Source: a virus
Lineage: Duplodnaviria; Caudoviricetes
Strand: one strand, 5' to 3'
IMG/VR virus record: IMGVR_UViG_3300037313_000418
Location: 1 to 62,516 of that record
Length of the DNA: 62,516 nt
The notes under the pieces were generated by a model that worked only from the letters and a program-made list of their open reading frames with translations, ran no database searches and was not told where the DNA came from. The position numbers were made by a program, and so were the translations under genes. Below, one piece after another: positions 26,309-36,394 of the stretch (position 1 is its first letter; each line of letters starts with the position of its first letter).

Positions 26309-26725
26309 ATGAATGAACCGAAAATTGGCGTGACTTACATCGGCCGCCGTGAATCGTTCGCCGACAATATCTACGGCACTGGCTTGACCTTCGCCCAGAA
26401 CCAGACCCATCCAATGCCGCGCCAACTGGCCGAGCGCTTCTTGCGTCATCCCGAGTTCGAGCAGGCCAAAGGCGATGTGGCGCAGCAGGAAGCCGCCAAG
26501 ACTGACACCGAGGAAGCCCTGGAAGCGGCTAGGCTGGAGCAGGAGCGCAAGCAGCAGGAAGCCAACCGATTGCTGGACCTGCGCGATTCCGTGCTGCAGA
26601 TGGACAAAGACAAGGTGGCCGAGTTCGTTAAGGTGAACTACAACCAGGCCCTGGCTAAGAACATGAGGCTGGAAAACATGCAAGCCAAGGCCCAACAACT
26701 GATCGACCAGTTCGGAGCGCCTTGA
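26309..26725 (+). CDS. Head-completion/hypothetical virion protein
   Basis: Operon position. Confidence 0.6.
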   Translation: MNEPKIGVTYIGRRESFADNIYGTGLTFAQNQTHPMPRQLAERFLRHPEFEQAKGDVAQQEAAKTDTEEALEAARLEQERKQQEANRLLDLRDSVLQMDKDKVAEFVKVNYNQALAKNMRLENMQAKAQQLIDQFGAP

Positions 26726-26726
26726 C

Positions 26727-27395
26727 ATGACGTTGGCGGAACTCATTGCCACTTTCCGCGCGCAGGCGGACGACATCGCCGAGCCCTATTTGTGGGACGA
26801 CGAATGGCTGGCCGTGCGCTTTACCGAGGCACAGGATGAAGCCGCCATCCGCAGTCGCCTGCTTCATGAGTCCACCAATACGACCATTTGCCAGATCGCC
26901 GTCACCGCCGGCACATCGGTCTATCCACTGCATGCGGCGCTGTATGAAATCGATTACCTGGCATTCAAGAAGGATGGCGCCAGCTGCCGCACGCCGGTCA
27001 ACCTGGTGTCGCGTGAAGCCCTGGATGCGCGCTGCCCGGACTGGCGCGAGAAAACCGGCGAGGTCGAGTATGCCATCCAGTCCGACACCCTGATCAGGCT
27101 GGCCTACACCCCGGAGAGCGCTGGCACGCTGTACCTGGAAGGCTACCGCCTGCCGCTGAAGGTATTGGCGAACGATGGCGACAAGCCGGAATTGCACAAG
27201 GCGCACCATATCCATCTGGTGCAATGGGTATTGCACAAGGCTTTCTCCATCCCTGACGCTGACAAGTTCGACGCCAACCGGGCCAGAGAAGCCGAGCAAA
27301 AATTTACCGCTTATTTCGGGATCCGCCCAGATGCTGACTTGCGCCGCATGACGCAAGAGGATGTGCCGCAGACGGTAAAGGCATTCTGGCCATGA
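26727..27395 (+). CDS. Head-tail adaptor-like protein
   Basis: MTLAELIATFR..DD..PYLWDD start typical of podovirus adaptors. Confidence 0.65.
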   Translation: MTLAELIATFRAQADDIAEPYLWDDEWLAVRFTEAQDEAAIRSRLLHESTNTTICQIAVTAGTSVYPLHAALYEIDYLAFKKDGASCRTPVNLVSREALDARCPDWREKTGEVEYAIQSDTLIRLAYTPESAGTLYLEGYRLPLKVLANDGDKPELHKAHHIHLVQWVLHKAFSIPDADKFDANRAREAEQKFTAYFGIRPDADLRRMTQEDVPQTVKAFWP

Positions 27396-28615
27396 ATCTT
27401 AAGCAAATCGGCCCGTTTGCCGGCATGAATAACCGCCGGCCGGATACCAGGCTGGCGAATGCCGATGGCAGCACCTTCTTGCGCAATGCCGTCAATGTCG
27501 ACCTGACCGCATCCGGCACGCTCAAGCGCCGACCAGGCGTGGAGTTGGCAATTGCCGGCGCCGATGCGCATAGCCTGTGGGGCAGCGATCAGGCCGCATA
27601 TTACATCGATGGCACCGACCTTTGTGAAGTCGCCCAAGGTATCAAGAAAAATGTTATCCGGTCCGGGTTGATCCCAGGCCGCCGCGCCTCCTTTGCCCGT
27701 GTGGGCGAGGATGTCTATTGGAGCAATGGCATCGTAATCGAGCGCATCACCGCAGGCATCTCGGGCGCGGCTGGCGCACCGACTCCGAACCCGGTGCCGG
27801 TCGTGACCTATGGCAGTGGCGGCAGCCTTCCGGCCGGCATCTATCAAGTCGCCTTTACCCAAGTCATCGACGGCGAGGAATCTGGTTCCACCTGGCCGCA
27901 GATGATTGAGATCCCCGCCAATGGCCGCATCGATGTGTCCGGCATCGATGCGGGGACCGCCGTGAATGTGTACATGACGCCGGCCAATGGCGATGTGCTG
28001 TTTCTGGTAGCTGAACTGGATGGCGCCAGTAGTACTACTTTTACCGTCATGCCGGCATTGAGGCGTCAGATCCCGACGCTCGGCCTATGCCCGATGCCGG
28101 CCGGGCACATCGTGCGCTACTACAACGGCCGCTTGCTGGTGGCGCGCGACAACATCCTGTACTACTCGGAACCCTACGCGCCGGCGCTGCACAACCCGAT
28201 GCGCGGTTATATCCCGTTCCCCGAACGTATCACGGTCATGGAGCCGTGCGACAACGGCGTGTATGTCGCTTCCGACACGACGCGCTGGCTGGATGGCCCT
28301 GATATCGACAAGGCGGAAGCTGTTGAAGTGCTGCCCTATGGCGCTGTCGAAGGCACTGGCAGCTGCCCGGAGAACGACAAGGCCGTGTATTGGTTTTCCA
28401 CGCGCGGCATGGTCATTGGCGACGCATCCGGCAGCGTGAAAAACATTCAGGAAGATACCGTCGCTGTCGATCCGGCTGCCGTGGGCGCCGCCTTGTACCG
28501 CGAGCAGGATGGTTTGCGTCAAGCTATTACATCGCTGTTCGGCACCGAGGCGTCCGTGGCGGCAGCAACCAGTTTCATGGACGCCGAGATTGTTAGAAAG
28601 GAGTCAATGCTGTGA
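27392..28615 (+). CDS. Tail protein (nozzle-like, beta-rich)
   Basis: FAGMNN...LRNAVNVDL..SG.LKRRPG start; position after the adaptor. Confidence 0.6.
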   Translation: MNLKQIGPFAGMNNRRPDTRLANADGSTFLRNAVNVDLTASGTLKRRPGVELAIAGADAHSLWGSDQAAYYIDGTDLCEVAQGIKKNVIRSGLIPGRRASFARVGEDVYWSNGIVIERITAGISGAAGAPTPNPVPVVTYGSGGSLPAGIYQVAFTQVIDGEESGSTWPQMIEIPANGRIDVSGIDAGTAVNVYMTPANGDVLFLVAELDGASSTTFTVMPALRRQIPTLGLCPMPAGHIVRYYNGRLLVARDNILYYSEPYAPALHNPMRGYIPFPERITVMEPCDNGVYVASDTTRWLDGPDIDKAEAVEVLPYGAVEGTGSCPENDKAVYWFSTRGMVIGDASGSVKNIQEDTVAVDPAAVGAALYREQDGLRQAITSLFGTEASVAAATSFMDAEIVRKESML

Positions 28616-29109
28616 TGAACCAAGCAAAAGCAGGCTTCACCTATCTGGTGGAAGTCATTAAAGACGGCGTCGTGACCGATTCCGAGACAGTTCACAATCT
28701 GATCCCCGTCGAAGGGATCAACCACATGCTGGGCGTAACGTTCAAGGGTGCGTCCCAAGTGACGAGCTGGTATGTCGGCCTGTTCGAGGGGGACTATACT
28801 CCGCTACCCAGCGACGATGCGGCAACGTTCCCTGGCTTGGCAACCGAAACGACTGCCTACGATGAAACCGTCCGCGAAGCTCTGACGCTTGGGACAGTCA
28901 CTGGCGGCGTCGTGGACAACAGCGCTAGCCGCGCTGAGTTCACATTCAACGCCACCAAGACTGTGCGCGGCGGCTTCATCTCGTCTTCATCCGTCAAAGG
29001 CGGCACAACTGGCGTGCTGATATCGGCGGTCAAGTTCGCCTCACCCAAGAGCCTGGATTCCGGCGCCATTCTTCGTGTCACCGCAGGCAACCAGATCGTT
29101 TCCGCTTAA
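28612..29109 (+). CDS. Small virion/tail structural protein
   Basis: Thr/Gly-rich beta protein; operon context. Confidence 0.6.
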   Translation: MMNQAKAGFTYLVEVIKDGVVTDSETVHNLIPVEGINHMLGVTFKGASQVTSWYVGLFEGDYTPLPSDDAATFPGLATETTAYDETVREALTLGTVTGGVVDNSASRAEFTFNATKTVRGGFISSSSVKGGTTGVLISAVKFASPKSLDSGAILRVTAGNQIVSA

Positions 29110-29121
29110 GGAGGAATTACC

Positions 29122-29565
29122 ATGTCCCTGAAAACCTCGACCGGCCTGCGCAACGGCGTTCTGGCCACCGGCTCGCTGAAGAGCTTGCTCAACGGTGGCT
29201 TCATCAAGATTTATGCCGGCACCGTGCCGTCGTCTGCTGATGATGCCATCGGCTCGGCTACCCTGCTGAACACGATTTCGGTCAACTCGACCGGCACTGG
29301 CATCAACTTCGATACCGCCGCATCGGCCGGCGTACTATCGAAAGCGCCCGCCGAAGTCTGGAGCGGCGTGAACGCAGCCTCCGGTACGGCGACCTTTTAC
29401 CGCCATGTGGCCGCCGCCGACGACGGCACCCTGTCGACCACCCAGCCGCGCATTCAGGGCACGGTCAGCACCGTCGGAGCGGACCTGAACCTGTCAAGCG
29501 TGTCGCTGACCTCGGGCGCAACGCAAACCATCGACTACTATTCCGTCGCACTGCCGGCGCTGTGA
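29122..29565 (+). CDS. Small virion/tail structural protein
   Basis: Strong RBS AAGGAGG; IKIYAGTVPSSAD...ASGTATFYR. Confidence 0.65.
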   Translation: MSLKTSTGLRNGVLATGSLKSLLNGGFIKIYAGTVPSSADDAIGSATLLNTISVNSTGTGINFDTAASAGVLSKAPAEVWSGVNAASGTATFYRHVAAADDGTLSTTQPRIQGTVSTVGADLNLSSVSLTSGATQTIDYYSVALPAL

Positions 29566-29568
29566 TAG

Positions 29569-29979
29569 ATGCCGATCATCATCACCTATGCCTGGGCTAA
29601 GCCGTGGTTTTCAGAGACTGACGGCGTCTCAGGCAATACAGGGCAGACGAAGACCTGGGAGGCTTCCAGTACGACTTCGCAGACGTGGCAAATTGGTTTT
29701 CGGCCTGAATCTGTCACGGTAACGGTCGCCTCGGACAACCCGCCTGGGGCCCGCAACGTTACGCTAGTGTTCCGCGACACTGGCGAGAATGTAATAGGCA
29801 GCACCACGGCCGCTGTCGGCACGATCGTTGTCCCGCTAAACTTCGCTGCTTACGGCCTGGACTTAAAGAAGATGGTGATGACGTGGGACGGCATCGTTTC
29901 TGTTAATGATGTAACGTTCCCGCCGCCCACGATTCCCCCATTCTGGGCTCCGCGCACCAACTCCTATGAAATACCCTAA
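29569..29979 (+). CDS. Hypothetical virion protein
   Basis: Operon context. Confidence 0.55.
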   Translation: MPIIITYAWAKPWFSETDGVSGNTGQTKTWEASSTTSQTWQIGFRPESVTVTVASDNPPGARNVTLVFRDTGENVIGSTTAAVGTIVVPLNFAAYGLDLKKMVMTWDGIVSVNDVTFPPPTIPPFWAPRTNSYEIP

Positions 29980-31444
29980 GCTCAGAAACGGCCCCAACCC
30001 GACGGGCGAAGCGCTCCACCGCGCACTCCAGCGCACGGGTGCGCCATTTCTGAGCGCCGAGGGCATAGGCTACGGCGCCAACAAGATGGGTAACGGCGCA
30101 GAAGTGTATAGCAGTCCCGGTGACGGCTTTTATTGCCTCGGCGCGGTCGACGTCAACCCGGCGTCCCCGCCGTTCAAGATCACGGCTTCCGACACAGCCA
30201 GGGGAAAGTTCTTTAGTCGCGGCACATGGGATGGCGGCGCATTCACAACACCTTCGCTGGCTTATGTTGGGTACGGCGCCGGCATCGTCCCGACCGCCTC
30301 CGGCACCGGATTCAGCACGCTGTCATCCACACGCGATGGAAAGCAGTTCAGGGAATTGCTGACATTTGGCTGGGGCCAGGACGGACATTCCGGCATAGCG
30401 TGGGGCGTGCATAGCGGCGCTAGGTACACGCAGGATGGCGCGGCTAACTGGACCTGGGGTGTCATGCTGGCGACTTACTCCGACGAGGAACCATTCTGGA
30501 GTTCTGCGGGTGGCTACCTGTTCACCAAGGACAAAGGCCTGACATGGCAGCAGACGGCGCTGAGCTTCGGCCAGGGATTTTTTCATGGGCTCCCGGCCAT
30601 GCACAGGCTGACACCGGCCACGAGCATGATGATACTCCCTACCTATGTCGTGGATGGCGCATCCGAGCAATGGGCTGAACAGCAAGACCCGCGCCTGTCG
30701 ACACTCGTTCGGCTTGACGATTATGGCGACACATTCTCGGAGATCGGCGGCGGCGAGCTTGTCGGCATGCTGCAGCTGTCGGTGAGCGATCCGGTAACGG
30801 CCAGCCACGATCAAGTCAACGACCGTATTCAGGCATGGGTGAGAGACACCTACGTTTTGCCGCTGGCAGACGGGGGTGTGCTCTATCTGGCAGAGGCCCG
30901 GTACTATGACGGCCGCTACGCCGGTGGCCCTGAGGCCGACAGCGGCATGTGGGTATTCCGCGGCGGGCAGGACACCGAACCCGTATTCATCGGCAAGATA
31001 GCCATCCCGGGCGTCCCTACCTCCTACGCCTACGCCATCCAGTTTGGTGGTAAGCCGGTGGGCTTTGCTGTACCGGAGTCCAGCACAGACCCGGTGCAGC
31101 TGATTGTCGGCGCGACAGATGGATCGAGCTGGACCTATAAACCCATGCCGTATCCACGCCATTCGACCGGCGGGCTGCTCGCCATCGATGAACACACGCT
31201 GGTCTGCCCGATGTATGACGCGGAAAGGCAAGCCTACGTCCTGAAGCAGACGCGCGACTTGGGAGACACATGGACGCACCGGGCGACCATCACCAAGGAT
31301 GCACCGCCGCCTGAGCCTGGCGATAGCTTTCTGGCGCGGTTCGGCACGCTGACCTACATGCGCAGGGATGGGTTCGCGGCACCTACTTTTCCGGGCGCAC
31401 CGTGGATGGGCGACGACAGACTCACCACGCCTTGGGAGGCTTAA
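29966..31444 (+). CDS. Asp-box/BNR beta-propeller-like protein
   Basis: STRDGKQF, TKDKGLTW, DDYGDTF, ATDGSSW and TRDLGDTW repeats. Confidence 0.6.
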   Translation: MKYPKLRNGPNPTGEALHRALQRTGAPFLSAEGIGYGANKMGNGAEVYSSPGDGFYCLGAVDVNPASPPFKITASDTARGKFFSRGTWDGGAFTTPSLAYVGYGAGIVPTASGTGFSTLSSTRDGKQFRELLTFGWGQDGHSGIAWGVHSGARYTQDGAANWTWGVMLATYSDEEPFWSSAGGYLFTKDKGLTWQQTALSFGQGFFHGLPAMHRLTPATSMMILPTYVVDGASEQWAEQQDPRLSTLVRLDDYGDTFSEIGGGELVGMLQLSVSDPVTASHDQVNDRIQAWVRDTYVLPLADGGVLYLAEARYYDGRYAGGPEADSGMWVFRGGQDTEPVFIGKIAIPGVPTSYAYAIQFGGKPVGFAVPESSTDPVQLIVGATDGSSWTYKPMPYPRHSTGGLLAIDEHTLVCPMYDAERQAYVLKQTRDLGDTWTHRATITKDAPPPEPGDSFLARFGTLTYMRRDGFAAPTFPGAPWMGDDRLTTPWEA

Positions 31445-33304
31445 TTGACCAACAGATTACAAAAGACGGTACGCACCAGCTATGTCCCCGGATCTCCAGG
31501 TATTCCCGGCGACCCTGGACAGCCGTTTATTCCGGCCCGCTGGGTAACGGAATCTATCTCGCGCTGCGCTTATCAGGTCGATGCGGCTGCGATGCTCGCC
31601 GCTGGCTGGACGCGCACGTACATCCCGCCGAAAGATGCCTACGATAGCGGCACCTACCAGTGGACACCGCCATCTGGTTCGGATGGCGGCCAGATTATTT
31701 ACCGCAACATCTGCTCCACCACGCTGTCGTCGCGCTGGGCGCCGGCGCAACCTTATCGCGCGCCAGTCGCAGCGGTGCCGCCGACGCCGGCGCAGACGAT
31801 CATCGACAAGCTAATCGGCTGGAACGCACGCGCGCATTCCAAGCAGGCGTTTCCGGGTTACGGCGAGTTCAGCTTTACCGTGCCACGCTCTGCCGTGGGG
31901 GTGATCGTCGGCCTGAACGATGTGCCGCAAGACTCGGGCTATTCCGACATCCGCTTCGCCTTCTACCTCTCGCACGGCATTGCAAGGGTGATGGAGCAGG
32001 GCGTCGAGAAGTTTTATGCGGGTGCCTACGCGGAAGGGGCAACCTTCACGGTCCGGCGCCTCAAGGGCACGATCTACTATGAGATCAACGGCGTGGGGGT
32101 CTATTCTTCCCCCAACACGGACGTGCCGCTGTTTCTGGATGCAGCGCTTTACTCTGGCGGCGACTATGTCGATAACCCATCCATGCGCGGGATTTCTGGG
32201 GGTGACGTAACCCTGCCGGCACTGGCTGCGCTGGGCGGCGATATCATAATCAGTGGCGGCTACACCGTCCTGCCGGCCTTGACTGGATCGGGTCGCGTGG
32301 GTTCGCGCGCTGACGGCAGCCTGCCTGCATTGATCGCAAGCGGCGGCGACTATGCGCTCGGCATGTCGACCGGCGTATTCCCGGCGCTGACCTGTCAGGC
32401 GGAAGGGGGGATGCTTGCGCCGAGCTATTCGGTCGGTACCGGCGTCGCCCTGTTCTTTACCGGCAGCGGCTATGGGACCACGGGCGAGATCGGCGGCAGT
32501 AATGGCGTCACACCGGCTTTTACCGGAATATCCTCGGAAGGTTCCTACGGCGCATCCGCCGGTGAGCTGCCCAGCCTCGTCGGCGCAGCGTCCGCCACCG
32601 AGGGCAATACGAACGCCGCGGTATTCAGCATGGCCTTGTTGCAGGACTACATGAGCGCGCCGGTCGAGCTGGTCGTTACGATGACTTCCACCGGCACGGT
32701 TTCATCGGTATTCGCTGTCGGTCTGGTTGTGCCGGCAGAACTGCGTTCAAGCGCGACCGCCAGCACACCATGGATATTGCAAGCCTTGCTGAACGCCGTC
32801 ATGAAATCGACCGCGACCGGCGCGACTGTGGCGCCGCTCAACGAGGAACAGCAAGCCGTGTTGGTGGTGAACCTGGAAAATCAGGGCACCACGCGCTATG
32901 AGAATTACCCGTTCAATAGCTTCGCCAAGATCGGCAACGCCTACTATGGAGCGAAGGCAGACGGCATTTATCGGCTGGATGGCGAAAGCGATGCCGGAAT
33001 TCCGATTTCGGCCATGGTCGCGCTGGGCATGCAAGATTTCGGCATCAGTGCAAAAAAGACGGTGCCCAATTGCTATGTCGGCTTATCCTCGGGCGGCCAG
33101 CTATACCTCAAGGTGATTGTGGAAGGCCTGTCGTACACCTACGCGGCACGTTCGGCCAGCAGCGATATGCAACAGCAGCGCTTCGACCTAGGCAAAGGCA
33201 TCAAGGCCAATTACCTGGAGTTTGAGCTTTATAACAAAGATGGCGATGATTTCGAGCTGGATAAGATCGAATTCCTGGTCGCCACCCTGAGTCGGAGGAT
33301 TTAA
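31445..33304 (+). CDS. Tail-associated protein with LPAL-x-G repeats
   Basis: 619-aa ORF with a TTG start; central repeats LPALAALG/LPALTGSG/FPALTCQA. Confidence 0.65.
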   Translation: MTNRLQKTVRTSYVPGSPGIPGDPGQPFIPARWVTESISRCAYQVDAAAMLAAGWTRTYIPPKDAYDSGTYQWTPPSGSDGGQIIYRNICSTTLSSRWAPAQPYRAPVAAVPPTPAQTIIDKLIGWNARAHSKQAFPGYGEFSFTVPRSAVGVIVGLNDVPQDSGYSDIRFAFYLSHGIARVMEQGVEKFYAGAYAEGATFTVRRLKGTIYYEINGVGVYSSPNTDVPLFLDAALYSGGDYVDNPSMRGISGGDVTLPALAALGGDIIISGGYTVLPALTGSGRVGSRADGSLPALIASGGDYALGMSTGVFPALTCQAEGGMLAPSYSVGTGVALFFTGSGYGTTGEIGGSNGVTPAFTGISSEGSYGASAGELPSLVGAASATEGNTNAAVFSMALLQDYMSAPVELVVTMTSTGTVSSVFAVGLVVPAELRSSATASTPWILQALLNAVMKSTATGATVAPLNEEQQAVLVVNLENQGTTRYENYPFNSFAKIGNAYYGAKADGIYRLDGESDAGIPISAMVALGMQDFGISAKKTVPNCYVGLSSGGQLYLKVIVEGLSYTYAARSASSDMQQQRFDLGKGIKANYLEFELYNKDGDDFELDKIEFLVATLSRRI

Positions 33305-33306
33305 CC

Positions 33307-34272
33307 ATGGCAGATAACGTACAGGCAATCATTGACCAGGCGCTAGCCATCGGGCAGACCAAGGCTTCGGAAGCGTCGTCCTATGCCCAGCAAGCCATCA
33401 CGGCATCGCAGGGCTATGTTGCCGGCCACCCCAATACGGTGAACTTCACGCCGGGAAGCATTGAACCGCTGGTGAATATCCCGACCAATGCAACCGGGCT
33501 CGACTCAGCCATGTATGGCACGGAGTACCAGCGCATCATTACGGATCTGTCCGACAAGTTCGCTGACTTCTTTGCGGTTTATTTTCCTGATGACACCGCT
33601 GCATTGAAGGATGCGCAAGACTGGATTACCAGAGCCTTGACCGAGGGCGGTACCGGAATCAATGCGAACGTTGAGGACCAGATCTGGCAGAGGGACCGCG
33701 CCCGCGTGCTGCAGGAGGTCAACCGCGCCAGCGAGGAAGTCTTGGCTACCTTTGCTGCCAGGCGCTTTCCCGTGCCGCCCGGCGCCGCCCAACACCAGCT
33801 TTACCTGGCCAACCTAGCTGCGCAAAACAAGATTGCCCAGGCCAGTCGCGATGTGGCGATCAAGCAGGCCGAGTTGGAGGTCGAAAACGTCAAGTTCGCT
33901 GTGCAGCAGGCATTGGATTACCGCATCAAGGGTATCGCCGCAGCGGGGGACTATATCCGCATCATGGCGCTCGGCCCCGATATCGCCATGAGGCTGGCGA
34001 CCAGCGCGGCTGGCGCGCAGGCGCAACTGATCAATGCAGCATCCTCTTACTACAACGCTCGCATCCGCGTCGAGGAAATGAAGTACGACGTCAAGAAAAC
34101 CAATGCCAAGGAAATGAACGATATCCAGCGCCAGGAATTAGTGGAGTTTTCCAACCGGCTGCGCTCTCAGGCACAGGTGTTGGCGGCTGCAGCGGAGTCG
34201 GCCGGCAACCAGGCGGCAGCGGCCCTGAATGCGGTCCATGCTTCGGCGCAGATTTCCAAGCAAGAAGAATAA
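33307..34272 (+). CDS. Helical virion (ejection/tail) protein
   Basis: RBS GGAGG; Ala/Gln-rich coiled coil. Confidence 0.65.
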   Translation: MADNVQAIIDQALAIGQTKASEASSYAQQAITASQGYVAGHPNTVNFTPGSIEPLVNIPTNATGLDSAMYGTEYQRIITDLSDKFADFFAVYFPDDTAALKDAQDWITRALTEGGTGINANVEDQIWQRDRARVLQEVNRASEEVLATFAARRFPVPPGAAQHQLYLANLAAQNKIAQASRDVAIKQAELEVENVKFAVQQALDYRIKGIAAAGDYIRIMALGPDIAMRLATSAAGAQAQLINAASSYYNARIRVEEMKYDVKKTNAKEMNDIQRQELVEFSNRLRSQAQVLAAAAESAGNQAAAALNAVHASAQISKQEE

Positions 34273-34277
34273 TTCGC

Positions 34278-34317
34278 CCCTGTAGGGTTCGACCGCGCGC
34301 CAGTTGAGCCCGAATAT
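34278..34317 (+). promoter_or_regulatory. Late promoter motif, copy 3
   Basis: CCCTGTAGGGTTCG-N20-GAATAT. Confidence 0.75.
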
Positions 34318-34346
34318 CGCGAGAAAGCGATTAATGGGGAAGTCTC

Positions 34347-36386
34347 ATGCATGGATTCAAGAAGGGCTTCAAGCCCAAGGCGCAGCAACTGGCTGATGGC
34401 GGCATGGTGAAGGACAAGCCTTCGTTTATCAATCGGATTGCCTCCGCCTTTTCTCCTGCTATATCCCAGCGCAAAACCAGACTGGAACAGGCCGAAGCGC
34501 AGGCAGTCGGCTTTCAGCCGCAATCCCAAGCCCAGGCAGCAGCGCAGCCTGAACAAATGCCTGAGCCAAAACCATTCCGCTTTGCTGATGGCGGCTTGAT
34601 TCGCGGTCCCGGCAACGGCACATCTGATTCCATCGCAAAGAAAGTCCCGGCTGGCACCTTCATCCTACCGGCAGATTCCGTCGAGGCGATCGGCAAAAAT
34701 AACTTGGACGTACTGGGCTTCACGCCTGGCAAGAAAATGTCGGTCCGAGTCAGTAATGGCGAATACCAGTTACCTCCCGAGCAAGTCCATGCCATTGGCG
34801 TGCAAGTGCTGGATCAGATGAAGTCCGCCACGCATACCCCCGTCAACGACATGGATGCCGATGACATGCCAGATCCGGGCATGATGATGCGCGACGGTGA
34901 CGCCGATGATCAGACGCAAGCCTATTTTGCCGATGGCGGCGTGGTGGGCCAAGAAAAGCGCAAGCCGATTTCCCCGTCCAATACTTTTCCGGTTGGTCAC
35001 CCAGATTACAAAAAAACCGACGATATGGCTGCACTGGCCAGTGCCGGGCCGAAGATCGCCAATGCCGTCACGCCGACCATGCGCACGGAGGGCCCAGGCT
35101 GGCGTACCGACTCTGTGTTAGCAGGCACTGGCCAGGATATCAATGAGCAGTTGGGTAAGGGCGAATATGGCCGCGCCGCCGGTACCGCGATCCGCGGCAC
35201 GCTGGCGACGGTGCCGGCAGCCTTTGCGGACGTAGGCGACGATATCAACCGCGTTGCAGCGCCCGTTATCAATGCGGGAATCGGTTTCGGTAAGGGCTTG
35301 CTTGGTATGCAAAATGCGACTGCCGCGTCTGCGCCGCCGCCAAGCTCGGCTGCCAAAAATCCAGCGGCTGTAGCGCAGTCAACCGCCACTTCAAAAGTAG
35401 ATACGGCAGCCAACCCATTCCAGCAGGATGGAACGTCGCCAGCTGGTATGTCATCTTCAGGATCGCAATTGAACGATCCAACAGCGCTCAATGGCGTCGT
35501 CGGGCGTACGGTCGAAGGTGCTCCTGGCATCGTCAAGCTGCAGGGCGGCATGTTCGGCAAGAGCCCGATGTACACAGATGATCCGGTCAGAGCGGCCAAT
35601 GAATACAACCAGCCGCAAGTTGTGCCGTCCGCAGCAGGATTTAAACCGGCAGCCGCATCCGTCGCCCGGCCAGCAGCGCAAACCGCCAGTGGTATTGGTG
35701 TACCAAGTGGGTTTGCTCCTGGTGGCGGCAGCACGTCGGCGGCATTGGCCGCAGCACGCGCGGCTGCAGCAGAGCGCGGCGACTTCAATGCCGTGCGCAA
35801 TTCCTATCAGGTGGGAGGTGGAACTTTTAACGGCGAAGCCGCACTCGATACCGCCGTGCGCGATACCCAGCAGGCATTAGCCGGCGCCAAGGGCAAGCAG
35901 CGTGCCGCGCTGGCGCAGCAATTGAACGCCTTGCAAGCCCAGCAAAATGGGTTGACCGATGCCCAGGCCAAGCAAGCCACAACTCAAATGGCTCGCGACA
36001 AGCTGGAGATGGAGCGCACTGCGCAAGGCTTCACCACGCGCGCCGCGCAACGACTGGAAAACCTCCACACCCAGTACGAAGCCGCCCAGAAGCCAGAAGA
36101 AAAGGCCGCGATTGCCGAGCAAATCCGCGTCTTGAATGGCAAGGAAAAGGACGATTGGAAGGCTGTTGCCCTGCAAGGCAGCACTGATGCCATGGGCAAC
36201 AAGACCGAGGGCGTCTTGGCAGCCGTGAATCAGCGCACCGGTGAGATGCGGCGATTCGACGCTGGGCAGCAAGCCGTTGCAGCTCCCACTGCTGCGATCG
36301 CGCATCTCAAAGCCAATCCGCAACTTGCCGCCCAATTCGACGCGAAGTATGGTGCCGGCGCTGCTAAGCGCGCTCTTGCCAAATAA
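34347..36386 (+). CDS. Putative ejected/internal virion protein with ADGG motifs
   Basis: Three (L/F)ADGG motifs; GPGNGTSDSI and VSNGEY; low-complexity middle; ends FDAKYGAGAA. Confidence 0.7.
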   Translation: MHGFKKGFKPKAQQLADGGMVKDKPSFINRIASAFSPAISQRKTRLEQAEAQAVGFQPQSQAQAAAQPEQMPEPKPFRFADGGLIRGPGNGTSDSIAKKVPAGTFILPADSVEAIGKNNLDVLGFTPGKKMSVRVSNGEYQLPPEQVHAIGVQVLDQMKSATHTPVNDMDADDMPDPGMMMRDGDADDQTQAYFADGGVVGQEKRKPISPSNTFPVGHPDYKKTDDMAALASAGPKIANAVTPTMRTEGPGWRTDSVLAGTGQDINEQLGKGEYGRAAGTAIRGTLATVPAAFADVGDDINRVAAPVINAGIGFGKGLLGMQNATAASAPPPSSAAKNPAAVAQSTATSKVDTAANPFQQDGTSPAGMSSSGSQLNDPTALNGVVGRTVEGAPGIVKLQGGMFGKSPMYTDDPVRAANEYNQPQVVPSAAGFKPAAASVARPAAQTASGIGVPSGFAPGGGSTSAALAAARAAAAERGDFNAVRNSYQVGGGTFNGEAALDTAVRDTQQALAGAKGKQRAALAQQLNALQAQQNGLTDAQAKQATTQMARDKLEMERTAQGFTTRAAQRLENLHTQYEAAQKPEEKAAIAEQIRVLNGKEKDDWKAVALQGSTDAMGNKTEGVLAAVNQRTGEMRRFDAGQQAVAAPTAAIAHLKANPQLAAQFDAKYGAGAAKRALAK

Positions 36387-36394
36387 GGAACTCC

